A stretch of DNA of 64,000 bases. Origin: Chiloscyllium plagiosum (Eukaryota). Numbering within the stretch: the stretch's first letter is position 1; the number at the start of each line of letters is the position of its first letter. Of this stretch, positions 12,001 to 24,997 are shown piece by piece. The notes under the pieces are model-generated. The model was not told where the DNA came from and searched no databases. It worked only from the letters and a program-made list of their open reading frames with translations. The position numbers and the translations under genes were made by a program. The stretch is taken from positions 58,544,079-58,608,078 of the forward strand of contig NC_057719.1 of NCBI RefSeq assembly GCF_004010195.1. Reading direction: 5' to 3'.

Positions 12001-12292
12001 TTAACCCCAGCAGATCCCCCTCACTCTGGACCTGGCAGGCAGAACTCATAAATCAAATAGAAGACTCAAAATCCTGTCCTCAGCAAAAGATGGCCACCAA
12101 TCCCAACCTAGGCTAAAGGTGGCTCCCATTTCCAGCCTTAGCCAAAGGTGACCCCAATGAAACACTCACTTAGCATTCCAATACCCCACTATACACAGAT
12201 TGCTTCTGTCCTGTGTTTGTTGCTGTGAATCTATTTACAGCAAGCACAAGAGAAAACTGCCCTGTGAAGAGAGGAAAGCCTCCTCACTATTT

Positions 12293-12647
12293 CATAGAAT
12301 TATAGAATTCCTACAGTGTAGAAGCAGGTCATTTGGTCCATCGAGTCCACCACCTACTCTTCGAAGAGCGTCACACCCAGACTCACTCCCCTATCCCTGT
12401 AACCCTGCATTTCCCATGGCTAATTCACCTAGCCAGCACACACTTGGATACTATCAGCGGTTGAGAATGGCCAGACTATATTACCTGTACATCTTTGGAC
12501 TGAGAGGAAACCGGAGCACCCAGAGGAACCCACACAGACATGGGGAGAATGCATAAACTCCACACAGACAGTTGCTGAAGGGTAGAATGGTATTTCGGCT
12601 TCTGGTGCTGCGAGGCAGCAGTGCTAACCACTGAACCTCTGTGCTGC
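12293..12647 (-). mobile_element. HE1-like V-SINE
   Basis: Reverse complement has the cagtggttagcactgctgcctcgcag head, the V core and a CR1-type ctataattctatg tail. Confidence 0.85.
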
Positions 12648-12906
12648 ACACAAATTTCCTTGAATTTTATTATGAAAAGACTTTTTTTTCTGATTGGTTG
12701 ACCCTAGAGATGGCTTTTCTGGGTGATCTGAGGACTTTTATGGATGGATTATTCTGCCTCATTATGTTTTTTGACTGCTGGACTATGGAAAATAAAAAAG
12801 AAAAGAAGAAAATCCAATACTAGTGCTAGGACTTCAACTATTTGCGATCTATACCAGTGATTTGAATAAAAGGACTGAATGTACGCCTGCTAATGACACT
12901 TGGATA

Positions 12907-13550
12907 TCTTATGGACCAGACCAAACCCCGTCAAATTATATTAAGAATATAACCCAGACCCTAACTTTTTCTTATTTTAAAGGTAAGTGTAAGGTCTTGC
13001 ATTCCAGATGCAATTTGATCGGTCAACCTACCCAACGTTAAGCAAAATACAGTTTTTTTATGCTACAGTTAAAATACAGGCAAAATAAAAACCAAATAAA
13101 AGATTAGCTTAACTGTAACTATACTGAAATGCTGAACAAAATCATAGATATATTAATTACTTCTAATTAACTGTTCCTATACAGTACCATCCCACAAACA
13201 CACCCTTGTCAAAGGCAAATTCAGTAAAAGAGATTGTCTTCCAGGCAAATCTAGCAGCAGGAAGAGAACCCCAGCTTTTAGCTTAATAGAGAGAGGAATA
13301 AGAGCTTCCACATCCAGCTTCAAGACTCCAGCAACTGTATAAAGCTAAAACTAAAAGCCCTGATTCTGTGGGAGCTTGAGCCCACCCATTCAGGCTGCTT
13401 CTAGTGTTCCAATTTAAAAAAGAAATTCCCAAGGCCTCACAAGCCATCTACTTTAATGGCTTTGAGCAGACTGATCATCACCTCTGTCTCAACTTTCCTT
13501 CAGTAAAAACCAGAACAAAATACACCTCTTAAAGCCATAGTATTGTTACA
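12907..13550. mobile_element. Solo LTR with 4-bp TSD (GATA) inserted in a CR1 RT fragment
   Basis: Termini t(c)ttatgg...tgttaca; GATA at 12903-12906 and 13551-13554. The flanks rejoin into CR1 RT sequence (ANDT...). Confidence 0.7.
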
Positions 13551-13554
13551 GATA

Positions 13555-14350
13555 AGTAGGAGAGTAAGCTGTGAAGTGGTCATAAGTCAGCAAAAGGGTG
13601 TAGATTGGTTAACGGGCAAAACTTAGATAGGTGGAGTATGACTTGGGAAATGTAAAGTTGTCCACTTTTGTAGAAAAATAGAAAAGCAGTACATTATTGA
13701 AATGAAGAGAAGTTGCAGAGCTCTGCCTTACAAAGGTAAAGAGATGTCTTGGTACATAAGTCGCAAAAAACAATGTATATTTAGCAAATGATTAGGAAGG
13801 CAAAATGGAATGATATTGTTTATTGCAAGAGTATTCAAATGTGAAAAGAAGGAAGGTTTGCTGTCATTGTACAGGGCATCAGTGGGGCCACATGTGGAGT
13901 ACTGTGTGCAGTTTTGATTTCCTTACTTAAAAAATGACAACTGCCATCAGAAGAGTTCAGAGAAAGTTCACTTGACCAGTTCCTGGGATGATGGGGTTTT
14001 TGTATGAGGCAAGGTTGGTTAGTTTTGATCTGTATCTGACAAAGATTAAAAGAATGAAAGGTAAAAGACAAAAGATCCTGAGGAGTCTCCCACATAAGAC
14101 TGAGGTGAGGAGAATTTACTTTTGAATACAGTATTCTTACTGTGCGAAGTTCTGTGTCCAGAAAGCAATGGAAGCAGAGAGATTGAATTTTTAAGTTGAG
14201 TCAGATAGATTCTTGATTGCATGGTGAAAAGCTATAGTGGATAAGCAGGGCAGTTGAGTTGAAGCCTCAATCAGATCAGCCATGATATTATCGATAATAC
14301 AGCAGGTTTCAAGGGCCAAATGACTTACGTTTACTCCTAATTCATATGTT
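13555..14350 (+). mobile_element. Old CR1 3' fragment (continues from about 12790-12906)
   Basis: Decayed RT C-terminus (KCKVVHF, PHVEYCVQF) and a CR1 3' UTR. Confidence 0.75.
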
Positions 14351-16358
14351 TACAAACTGAATTTCATATTATGGTTTGTTCATTTTATAAGTTTATTGAC
14401 TGCAAATCACATTAAGTTGAAAATCAACCCAATCATTGAGTGAATTAAACACTTAATCTATCTTCTATGTCATTGCTCATTACAATTTCAATTTGAATAT
14501 TTATAGGATGGCTCTTTTCTTTCCTTCAATTATGGTATATCTCTGGAAAGGGGAATCTTGCCTTCTCGTCAATGGTGCCCCCTGTGCCTGCATAAGACGG
14601 GGCATCATGAATGCATCCATATTCTCTGACTCCCAAAGTGTTTTCTCAGTTCTGTCAGCCATGAGACCATTGGATATCCAGAGCGAGTGCATTACCTTCA
14701 TGTCCCAAATTCAAATGCTGGAATATGTAGCGGAATGGATTTTCCTTACTTAAATTTATTTAACGTATACTTACTAATTTAATATTCAGTACATATTGTG
14801 CTGTTGGATCCTATCAGGATGAAATGAGAGGAGATGCACAAAAGATGGGAGTGAAGATTTTGTTTCCACTTTGTCCAGATCTTCTAACAGATACAAAAAA
14901 TGCTGGAGAAACTCTGGTGGTCTGGCAGAATCTCTAGAAAGAGAAATGGAGTTAATGATTCGATTCTGATGACACCTCTTCAGAATACTCACCTCCTCTA
15001 AAAATATGTGGGAAAGGTCTTGAATTTTAACACAACTAATTAGGGCATCACATTGGAGATTAGTGGTATGCAGACATTTCACAAGCATTTAAAATGGATA
15101 ATATATGTAATTAGTTTTGAAAGAAATCCAAAAATACCTATGAAACCAACAAGCAGGGAGTGTAGTCTAAGTGAAAGGACAGGTTATGTACATTCTTTTC
15201 GACTGTCACATAGGTCGTAACAGAGATATTAAAACATTTTGGTATTCCCTTCACATGTGAAAACTTGCCTTAGAGTTGTTTAAACTCCATGGTGTCCTGC
15301 ACAAAAATATGAATTTCTATATTTATATCTTAACAATGGGTAAGCATTAATTTGTTTATGACTCACATGAATGTGCTTTCACTTGCAGATATCTGCTAAA
15401 ATGCTATTGTATTTTGCTTGTATTCATTTTAGCAAGCAACTCACTCTGTACCTTCCTTTGAGCTCCGAAAGCTTTCAGATTTTTTTCATACTGATCTGTG
15501 ACTACCCAACATTATACTTGCTGTTTGATTTATGAAAATATACTATTTTAAGAAGTACTAGTCATTTTCATCTTATGGTTTACTGAGTAATATTTTTTCA
15601 TGTATTTGAATTTCTAAACCTGATTTATTAGGAAAGGACCACAGAGTGGGGTTCGATACTAAATACTTGCAGGACTGGTACAGTTCCAAATGTATTTATT
15701 CAACATGTGACTTCTTATATTGTATGAAAATGATATGTTGGATTTATTAAACCAATATTATAAGGAATAAGAAATGAACAAAAATTATTGTGTTTATTGT
15801 GTACTATTTAAGTAGGCAGCCACATACATTCATGAAACAGATTGCTCTTGATTTATTTTGTAATGCAATCCTGTAATGCTACAAGTCAGATACACTTTGT
15901 CGATGTTGGAAAGTTTCAAGTACATTTTGAGAATCCACCACAGAAACACTGGCGCAGAGTCTTTTTTTTTGTAAATAACAGACTGTTTTTAGAAATGTGA
16001 AGTGAGACATTGAAATAGATTTATGAAGTCTAAGGGCAGAAGTGTTAATGCCGTGAGAGTGCTAGCATTGCCGCCATAGCAGCTCTGACTTCATCTCTGC
16101 ACATATGAACAGTTGATCCCTGTAGTCATATATAGCAGTAAACATTAATAACTTAACAGTCTGTAGACAGCGCTGAAGATATGGAGCATTATTGAAGGAT
16201 GGAATAGAGCAGGTGGCACTTTAATATGTTTAGTGTCGTGGTTGACTCTGAAGACTAGTAGAATGAAATTACTTGAGGTTGGAAAGATTTAGAAAGTGAA
16301 CTCATTTTGCTGTGCTAAGGAAATGCTACTGATCAGGCTCTCTGTGTCCCTTTTCTAG

Positions 16359-16392
16359 GTTGGAAAATATTAACCCTGAAGAAAATGACATG
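16359..16392 (+). CDS. MIPOL1: MIPOL1 34-nt micro-exon (LENINPEENDM)
   Basis: ccttttctag acceptor and gtaagc donor. Completes the split codon gg|g from the previous exon. The peptide matches the MIPOL1 LENINPEENDM motif. Confidence 0.92.
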
Positions 16393-16648
16393 GTAAGCCA
16401 TTCTCTAAGGAGATTTTTTAATGTCAGTCTTATATCTTCAAGGCTTAAGCACAATTGAGTAGGTTTCCAGAGCTAAGAAGTGGGAAAAGATGAATTTGAC
16501 ACACTAATAATGTATGTCTCAGATGTTCCAGAATAATGGACTAATTCTGTTCAGTGTGCTATTTATGTGCAACAACCAATTGCACAAAAAGAGCCAAATA
16601 AAACCTATTTCCAAATTCATGAATAACTGCCAGAAATATTATTGATAG

Positions 16649-16819
16649 ACATTACAGGAATTACTGAACCGAATCAACAATGCAAATACAAGGAGATCTA
16701 TCGACCAGAATGAAGACTTAATTGTGGATCGAATACGCAAAGCCAGAGAGCGGAAGAAGAAAATAACTGCTGAAGAAATTAATGCAGTTATTGAGGAGAG
16801 AGATTGTGCTTTAGAAAGA
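16649..16819 (+). CDS. MIPOL1: MIPOL1 coding exon (TLQELLNRINNANTRRSIDQNEDLIVDRIRKARERKKKITAEEINAVIEERDCALER)
   Basis: 171-nt open frame, phase 0-0, with gtaagt donor at 16820. Resembles MIPOL1 TLQELLNRINNADT...ITAEEMSALIEERDAALSK. The acceptor is weak, so the exact start is slightly uncertain. Confidence 0.9.
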
Positions 16820-19593
16820 GTAAGTATATTTAGACCACGAAAGGTTTATACTTTCAACCAACTACCTTCTCCCTAACAATTTTGTCATGTAACAAACATT
16901 AATGTTACAAGCAATATGTACATTTCAATGACCAATATCAACATATGAATAGTTTAAATTCTAATCTAAAATTTAAAATTAATTTTCAGAATACTGTGTC
17001 AATTATCTTCTGTTCATAATTTCAGCGGCTTCAAAACAATAATGGAAGGTGTTTTAGTTGAACAGCACATCTTTTAATATTGCTATGAAACTTTGTGCTG
17101 TGTTTATAAACTTGGTTGTACTGGGTGTCCACCATTCTTAGGATTTTCAAGCATGCCAAATGAACCATAGATCCAGTAGCCACCCTATTCTAGTCAAATA
17201 TTTTCAGGGCTGGACATTATGCTGCGATGCCACACTTCCCAAATCACATAGGACATGGTGAAATGCTGTAGCACAGTTCAATAAAAAGAGATGAGGTGGA
17301 CTAGCCTTTAATTGAAGTTCAGCCTAGACCCCAGGGAAAAAAATCTTTGATTAAAAATCTTTGCCAAATCATACAAAGGATCAAGGGGCTCTGGGAATTA
17401 CTACTCCGTGTTGATCAGGAGTTGAACATTCCAGTCCAGGTAGGCACGAGAGGTGTGTCCACAAACATGCATTGGTCACTCCATGTAGATTTTGTGCCCT
17501 CCTAACACAGTTAGACCTAGGGACGCAAATAGATGTTATCTTAATGTAGCTGCAAGGATTGTATTCCCAGGATTTTTAGGACCATAATATATAGATATTC
17601 AGGTCATTTTTGTTTTACCTATTCGACTGTGAATTTGCCTTTGTAAATTCTGAAGTAATTTATTAGATTGCTGAATAAACAAGCAAAATAGTTGGAATCT
17701 GTGTGAAATCAAATATTTTAATCTAACCTTAAATATTTGAAATTTCAAAAAGCATTCATATTTCTTGCTATCAAAATACAGGTGAAATATTGACACCTTG
17801 CAGCTTGAATTTTATACAGCTATATCTTGAACTGTATCTATTTACAACAGTTAACAAATGTATCCTCCCAAAACGCTTCTCTTGTTTTCAGTTGTTAGGT
17901 GTCATACCCAACAACAGGAAAGAGCAAGACTCAGTCTATTAGCATTTGTATTTTAATTACTGATGCAGTAAGTGATCATTTAGTTTTTTATTAGATTTGT
18001 CAAAATATTAATATGACTAATATTTCCTTTTCAAGTGGGATCACAAGTTGAAATTTTGCTGTTGTGAGGTTTGAGACAGTAGTGATTGTCTTGGAGTTCT
18101 GACCAAGTTATAAGCACTGTCCTCCTGCTCATTCAGTTTTGACTGAGGGTTTGTGCCAATTTTCAAGCTTCAAAATAGGATCACAGAGGGAAAAGACTTA
18201 GGAAGCACTGCAATAGAGGATGTGGGTTTGACGACAGAGGTCAAACTTTGTGTTCATTTTAACAATCTGCTTCTCCTTTAATGTAAGTGGCTCATGCACA
18301 AAGCAATTACACATCCAAATATTCAAGTATCTCCTTCCAGTAAAGGTCAGCTGTGATCTGTGCTCCTCCATACTTCATTGTAGATTTGTTTTGGCTTCTA
18401 TCTCCCTATATTTGTCTAAATGCCGAAATAAAAATGTATTAACTCTTAGAAAATTATATAGACCTAAAAATGATTGAGATGCTCCTGATCCAATACAATT
18501 TAAAGAATGAAACAACAAGACCTTTTCTTTTCGTGGAAGTAATAAGAATATCTGTGATAGTACATGTTTTCATCTATGTGCAATCTATGTAAAACTTGTT
18601 TGTGTTTAAACTGTAAGTTTTTGGAAATTTTATCATTCTGTAATATGGATGCTGAGAATCTTGAGAGAAATTCACGCAGGGACTACTTCTGGCAAGCAAT
18701 GCATTCGTTGCTTGTTTCCTGCATTTATGCACAACTGATTAGTTTATGATATTGCTTTCATCAGAAGCATTCTGATGTACCCTTGAGTCAAAAAGGTTGA
18801 AAACTGTTATGATTTCCACAGACACTTGGAGGTGAAATGCCTTTGGCAGAAGTGATCTTTTAATCAGGTTTCAAATTGTCAAATAACTTAAAAAGGTTTC
18901 TGTAATTAAGTGCTGCCTCTGAAGATATAATTTTTGATACAGATTTAGGAAGTTATATCCTAGTCAGTATTTATAGTGAGAGATAGATTGCTTATGATTG
19001 ATTTGTAACTACCTCCAGTGCTTCCTAATCTGCTTCCCTAAGGAAGGTGTGGTCATAATGTTACCTGATTGAATACAAATTTGTGAATCGTTCCAACATG
19101 CTTCAAAAACAGGTATTAAGAGCAAGAGAGATTTCTCATCATGTATGTTATGGAAAGAAAATGGGTTCTTTACCAGATCTTCAGGAGATCTTCAGATTTC
19201 AACCCTCAATATAATAGACTCCACCCTTTGGACCTAACTGTTTATAATGCACACTGCCCAACCATACTTGCCACCAGCCCACAATAGGACAGATGTATGC
19301 TTGCCTCTGTAATACGTACCCATTGTTAAGATATAAATATCAAAATTATTATTTTTTGTGGAGGATACCATGGGAATTTAAACAACTCTAAGGCAAGGTC
19401 TCTAGTTATATTATGCATGTCTGATTGCCTGTGAGGACAGTCTGGCCCCTTTCCCCGGCCACCCTCCTAGCTTTCTCACTGATCCTTCCTCTATAGTGCA
19501 GTCTCATTTCCAAGCTTCCCAAAGGGAGTGGGAGGCAGAGGATATAGTCACAGTGAGAGGAATGAGTTGAATATGATAACATGGTCGTTATCA

Positions 19594-19913
19594 GGGCGGC
19601 ACGGTGGCACAGTGGTTAGCACTGTTGCCTCACAGCGCCAGAGACCCGGGTTCAATTCCCGCCTTAGGCGACTGACTGTGTGGAGTTTGCACATTCTCCC
19701 CGTGTCTGCGTGGGTTTCCTCCGGGTGCTCCGGTTTCCTCCCACAGTCCAAAGATGTGCAGGTCAGGTGAATTGGCCATGCTAAATTGCCCGTAGTGTTA
19801 GGTAAGGGGTAAATGTAGGGGTATGGGTGGGTTGCGCTTCGGCGGGGCGGTGTGGACTTGTTGGGCCGAAGGGCCTGTTTCCACACTGTAATGTAATGTA
19901 ATGTAATCTAATC
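19594..19913 (+). mobile_element. Full-length young HE1-like tRNA-derived V-SINE
   Basis: A box tggcacagtgg, B box ggttcaattcc, V-domain core, intact CpGs, and a (tgtaa)n/(tctaa)n tail. Confidence 0.92.
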
Positions 19914-20189
19914 TGGTCATGAGTGGATACTGGATAGTGTTGTGGTATGTCACTGTACAGGAGGCCTCAGGAATGGGAAGATTAAGACCAGAAGAGGCAT
20001 GGCTAAGTTGACAGAAGCTTGTGCGAAAGCAATAATCTCTATATAGATTACAACACAGAGAATCGTTATGAGATGAAGAGGTTTTAGGGTAACATGGGAA
20101 AGAAATAACAACAATTTATGGAGGAGGATGGGTATCTTTGTGGAAAAGGGAAGCTGAAGCACCTTGGATAAGTTAATCACACCATTAAA

Positions 20190-20910
20190 CCATCATCATC
20201 ATTGGTGGTCCCTCACAGATGAGAATGGCTCTTAGAGTGAGTCTGTAGGTGGCTATACAGACTGATGTGGCTTCCATAGGTTCTGTTAAACTTGCGACAG
20301 AAAGTAGTTGTGGAATGGGATGTATGGGGCATTGGTATGTCAGCGTGCTCCTTACTTTATATTTGCTTGGCTTCCGTTTTTTTCCTGATGACAAGTCTCG
20401 AGGTGTTTGATGCCTTCTCAGATGCTTCTCCTCCACTTTGGTTGCTCTTGCGCCAGTGATTCCCAGGTGTCTTTGGGAATGCCGCACTTCACCAGTGAAA
20501 CCTTGAGGGGATCACTGAAGTCCTTCCTCTGTCCACTTGTTATTTGGACCTGGGTATAGAACACCTGCTTGGGGAGTCTTGTGTTGGTCATGCGGATGAC
20601 ATGCCCAGTCCATCGCAGCCGATCAAAGGTGGTCAGTGCCTCAATACTGGAGATGTTGGCCTGATCAAGCTCACTGACGCTGGTGCCTCTTTCTTCCCAA
20701 CAGATTCACAGGTTCTCACACATGACTGTGTTTGTGGTACTGCTCCAGCACCTTGAGGTTTCTGCTGTTGACAGTCCATATCTCAGAGCCATAAATGAGG
20801 GCAAGAATTACCAGAGCTATGTAAACCATGAGCTTGATGTAAGATCTAACGATGTTGTCCTCGTACACTCTTTACCTCAGGCACTGAAGGCTGTGCTAGC
20901 ACACTGGAGG
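20190..20910 (-). mobile_element. RTE-clade LINE 3' fragment
   Basis: The minus strand encodes decayed RTE-like C-terminal motifs (..RWTGHVIRM..TRLPKQV, D.LK..L...I....WE.LA) and ends in a (gat)n tail. Confidence 0.65.
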
Positions 20911-21737
20911 TATCTTGAAACACAGAACACATGAATAGGAAACAACCAGAGTTTGAGGACTGTGTTTTGGTGGGAGGATTTAATGTTGGAACATTTGGTT
21001 TGAAAAAATTCTCTTAATTAAGAGTCAAGTGGATGGAGAGCTATGCTCAGCTGAGCTCCCCCCTCTTTGACCAAGCACCCCAGAAACTAGCATTGTTCCA
21101 TAACATGTATTTACATTTTAGTGAGATGCCATCTTGGGCAGGAGCTCCAGTAAAGCGAGCATTGATTGACATCTCCTGTTGTCCCAAGCAAAGGCAGGGT
21201 GAATGTTTGACGATAGTGGTGACTACAAAGGCCTGTGTGTGGAAAGGCAATATACTCCAGTCTGGAATCTCCAGTTTTCTGGTGTGCTGTCATGGTTTTT
21301 AATTACCTCAGTCAATGCACAATTTCTGAATACACATGGATTTATGAATAAGATGACCAGTCAACTGTCACGTTTAAGGTGGTCTTCACCATGGTGGATA
21401 AGATAAGGTGAAATGAGGCCAAGGGAATACTGAGGGTGGATCCAGGGCTTAGCATTGGCTTAAAGTGTCAAGGATGGAGAAGAAGTCTGAAAGAATATGC
21501 TCACTAGATAAATGAATGCAATTTGTTGATATATCCTAAGAGTATAAGAAATAGGAATAATAATATCTCAGGCCTGTGCAACACTTGCTCAAACAACCCT
21601 GCCCTTGTGCGGGCCATGGACTAACTAAGGAGAAACCAGCACAGGAGACTCCAACCAAAAGGGCACACCATCTACAACTGATATGCAGACAGCCTGCTGA
21701 CTACAGCCACACACACCCCCGCCCCCCCTTTGACTCT

Positions 21738-21866
21738 TCCTGAAGAAGGGCTTATGCCCGAAACGTCGATTCTCCTGTTCCCTGGATGCTGCCTGACCTG
21801 CTGCGCTTTTCCAGCAACACATTTTCAGCTCTGATCTCCAGCATCTGCAGATCTCACTTTCTCCTC
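21738..21866 (+). mobile_element. Penelope terminal-repeat fragment with intact minimal hammerhead motif
   Basis: CTGAAGA-A-GGGC-TTAT-GCCC-GAAAC-GTC followed by the family tail ...gcatctgcagatctcactttctcctc. Confidence 0.82.
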
Positions 21867-24800
21867 TTTAGCTTGATGGCCATTCTGTTGAAGGGGCTGT
21901 ATGACCTGCTGGAGGTGATGGGGTCATTGGTCAAGTTAGAGATGGTTGAATGACAGGTCACTTCAATAATGTTCTGAGATGATACTCAGACACCATTTAA
22001 GAGTATGCTGCCTGTCATTAATGCTCTCCCATTCTAGTAATGTAGCCTCCAAGCCAGAAGTGAAAGCCTTTTGGAAGTTGAAGCCCAGATCTGAATTGGA
22101 ATGACATAGCTTTTGAGTTAAACTTGATCTGTATCCTTGGAAAAGCCTCAATGTTTTCTAGGATGAGGTACTCCTCACTGGATACCTGTGTACATTGTAA
22201 AAGCATTGCATGAATCACTCCTCATTAACAAGCTCCTTACCATAAATGAATAATCCACAAACTCTTCAGCATCTGACCTCATCTATTGTTTCTGACCTTC
22301 TACAGCAAAATTCATTTCCTTCTTTCTTCACTAAAAATATTCAAGGTCACCTTTAATATTTGATTCCTGTGAGGTTGATGCATTGAGCTGGTGGCTATAT
22401 TCCATGAAGGCTATGATACATGCAAGTGAGATGACTCAGATTGATGCCATTACTGCTAAGAATAAGCATGTAGAAATCACTACACACAGCTCAACAAAAG
22501 AATCTTCAAGAATTGGCTGAGAATATACTGTCAGCTCCAATAAATTGAGTTCCAAGTAGCTGAAGGACTGATAACTTGCCAGTTCACATCTCCTGTTCCC
22601 TCAAATGCAACAAAATAATTTAATTTTTTACCCAGAAAATAGGACTAGGAGTACAGCATTTGCCCATTCAATTCTGATCTATATTTTATTTTAAGTGCTG
22701 TGGTGCATTGAGGTAATGTGGTCTTATTACTCTTTAATTGAGGTTCAGAAATACTTGACATCCTAAACAGAAGAAGATTCCTTCTGATGACTGTGAGCAT
22801 TTTAATTGATATTAATTTGGCAGTTCAAATCCAACTGTACTACTTTTCTATCCATACCACAAAGTTTTCCATAATTTGCTCAAAACAACTGTCTCTGATA
22901 GCTATAGAATTGCTGAGCATGAGATATACGAGGGGAAATATTGCTCAGGAAAGTATTGGAATTCTTGGGTACAGCAACTAGCTTATTTATTTTGTTTGCC
23001 ATATAATGAGCTGTTAATACAGCAGGGATAAAAACTAAATATGCAGAACCACCAAGCAACAGCACCAGTACCTAATAAATATCACTGGCTCACTTGTTTG
23101 CCAAAATAATTAGCTAAAAATGTACTTACTGTACCTTGTACAAATAAAGCTGCTGTTGGAGGCAATTTGTAAAGTGGTAGTGCGGGAACCTGCAGTTTCT
23201 GGAAGCATCGTAAAGTGAACATGTGCTGACATTTGATTACTGGTTCATTGGCTGAGTTATAATCCTGTTCTGATCAATTCACTGGAGTTTGCTTGATTAC
23301 TTCTGGGAGTCTGAAAAATATTAAGAGTTCTCTTCGTGGAAATTTATCTTGATCTTTTATACCTCCCCAGGAGATACGTAGATGAGAAAAATGTTCATGA
23401 CAATGAAAATTGTACATCATCTGTTGGAAGCATTGTGCCCAGTGGACCATGTGGCATTTTGTTGCTCCACAATTATGTTCTTGCATTTAATGTCTTGATC
23501 TGATGAACTAGTTCTGTATGACAATTATGCTTTTCATTTGAAATTAGTGCTATTTCTAATAATGATGCACTCACAATGACAATGTAGAGAACTTGGAGTG
23601 TGAGTTGTTCCATATTGTGTTAATTGGCTGAATGTTAAAAAAAGAGATACGATGAAGATGCCTATGGAACACACATTGAATCAAGCTAAACCCACCTGAC
23701 TCAACATGATGCTTCATTTTAAGGTTAAATGCTTTAATTCATAAATATGAAGATGAAATATTAGCATGTGCATTACTTCACCAAAGATCAGCTCAGGAGG
23801 AAAATTAAGAAAGCAAAATAGGTATGGATCATCTATCTGGTCTCTTGGCAGGAGACTGTTTGTTGTGGCTTACATGATTTAAGGTTGACACATTTGCAAA
23901 CATTTATTTCTGAACTTGGAAAATACAGAGAGAGTGAACATAACATTCTCATATTTCAAAATGAAGTGAGTACGTTCTCAGAATTTTCTTTTACTTCAAT
24001 GGAGGGCACATTTCATGTTTTATGTGCAGTTATGTTTCTTGGTTGAATCATGTACTTACCTAATATGTTAAAAAGAAATACATGCTAGTCAATGCTGCAT
24101 TATCGATTTCTTTTCCTCCCTTAATTAATGTGACAAGATGTGTTAAAGGACACAGTTAAGGTAATTTCACAGAATACGAAAATCTAAAACCCTTCAACAG
24201 CTAAATGCTGGGGATTGTAAAGAGAAGTTGGCATCTGGTCAAAGCATTCGTTGGATTAAAATGCAAATAAAGTAGGCATCTTGTGCTTTGGGACTCCTGC
24301 TATGAACAGACTGTAGAATTTCACCTTTTTGTTGACATTTATGTAATTTGGAATTGATCAGAGGAGTAATTGTACAAAATATTATAGGTTCTCTATTCAA
24401 GTGTATATAAGTAATTTAAAAAGCAGAGTAAAGCATTTCAAAGTAAATTTTGAAGCATTTATCTATTTTTATCACTGAAACTGAAGAAAAAAATCTATAC
24501 AATAATTGCAAGATATTTTAATTAATGTCAGCTGAAATGTATCAATAACTAGGCTATGGTTCTGAATTAAACTAAACATAAATTTCACCAGTTTTAACAT
24601 TTAAAATGTTGCTTGACATATAGTTATCATATTTTCATGTCATCATCTTCATCATCTATTCTTTGTACAAGACAGGTTTTTAGTTCATAAGCTTCTCCAT
24701 ATCTCATGTCCATACCAGCTTCTTCATTTCCAATAACTTCCTTCAATGTTCAAGCCATTCAGTATTGATTTTCTCTTCCTCTATTTTTCAGTAAGTCTTC

Positions 24801-24997
24801 TCTCTAATTTGCATTTCCTCCTTTTCATGTACAAAGCTAAAACTTAATACTATACAAATTATTCCTTTTTAACTACTGAAAGTCGATGTTTCTAAGGTAT
24901 CATTGCATGTGTAAGTGTTAACTTCCTCCTGAATTCCTTAAAGTTGCTCCAGCCTTTCTGTTTGAACTCTTGAGTGCTCATAAAACAATTTGTTTTG

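Noticed and set aside
19594..19670. tRNA gene
   Set aside because: The A and B boxes belong to a tRNA-derived SINE head that continues into the V core and tail. The same applies to the other SINE copies.
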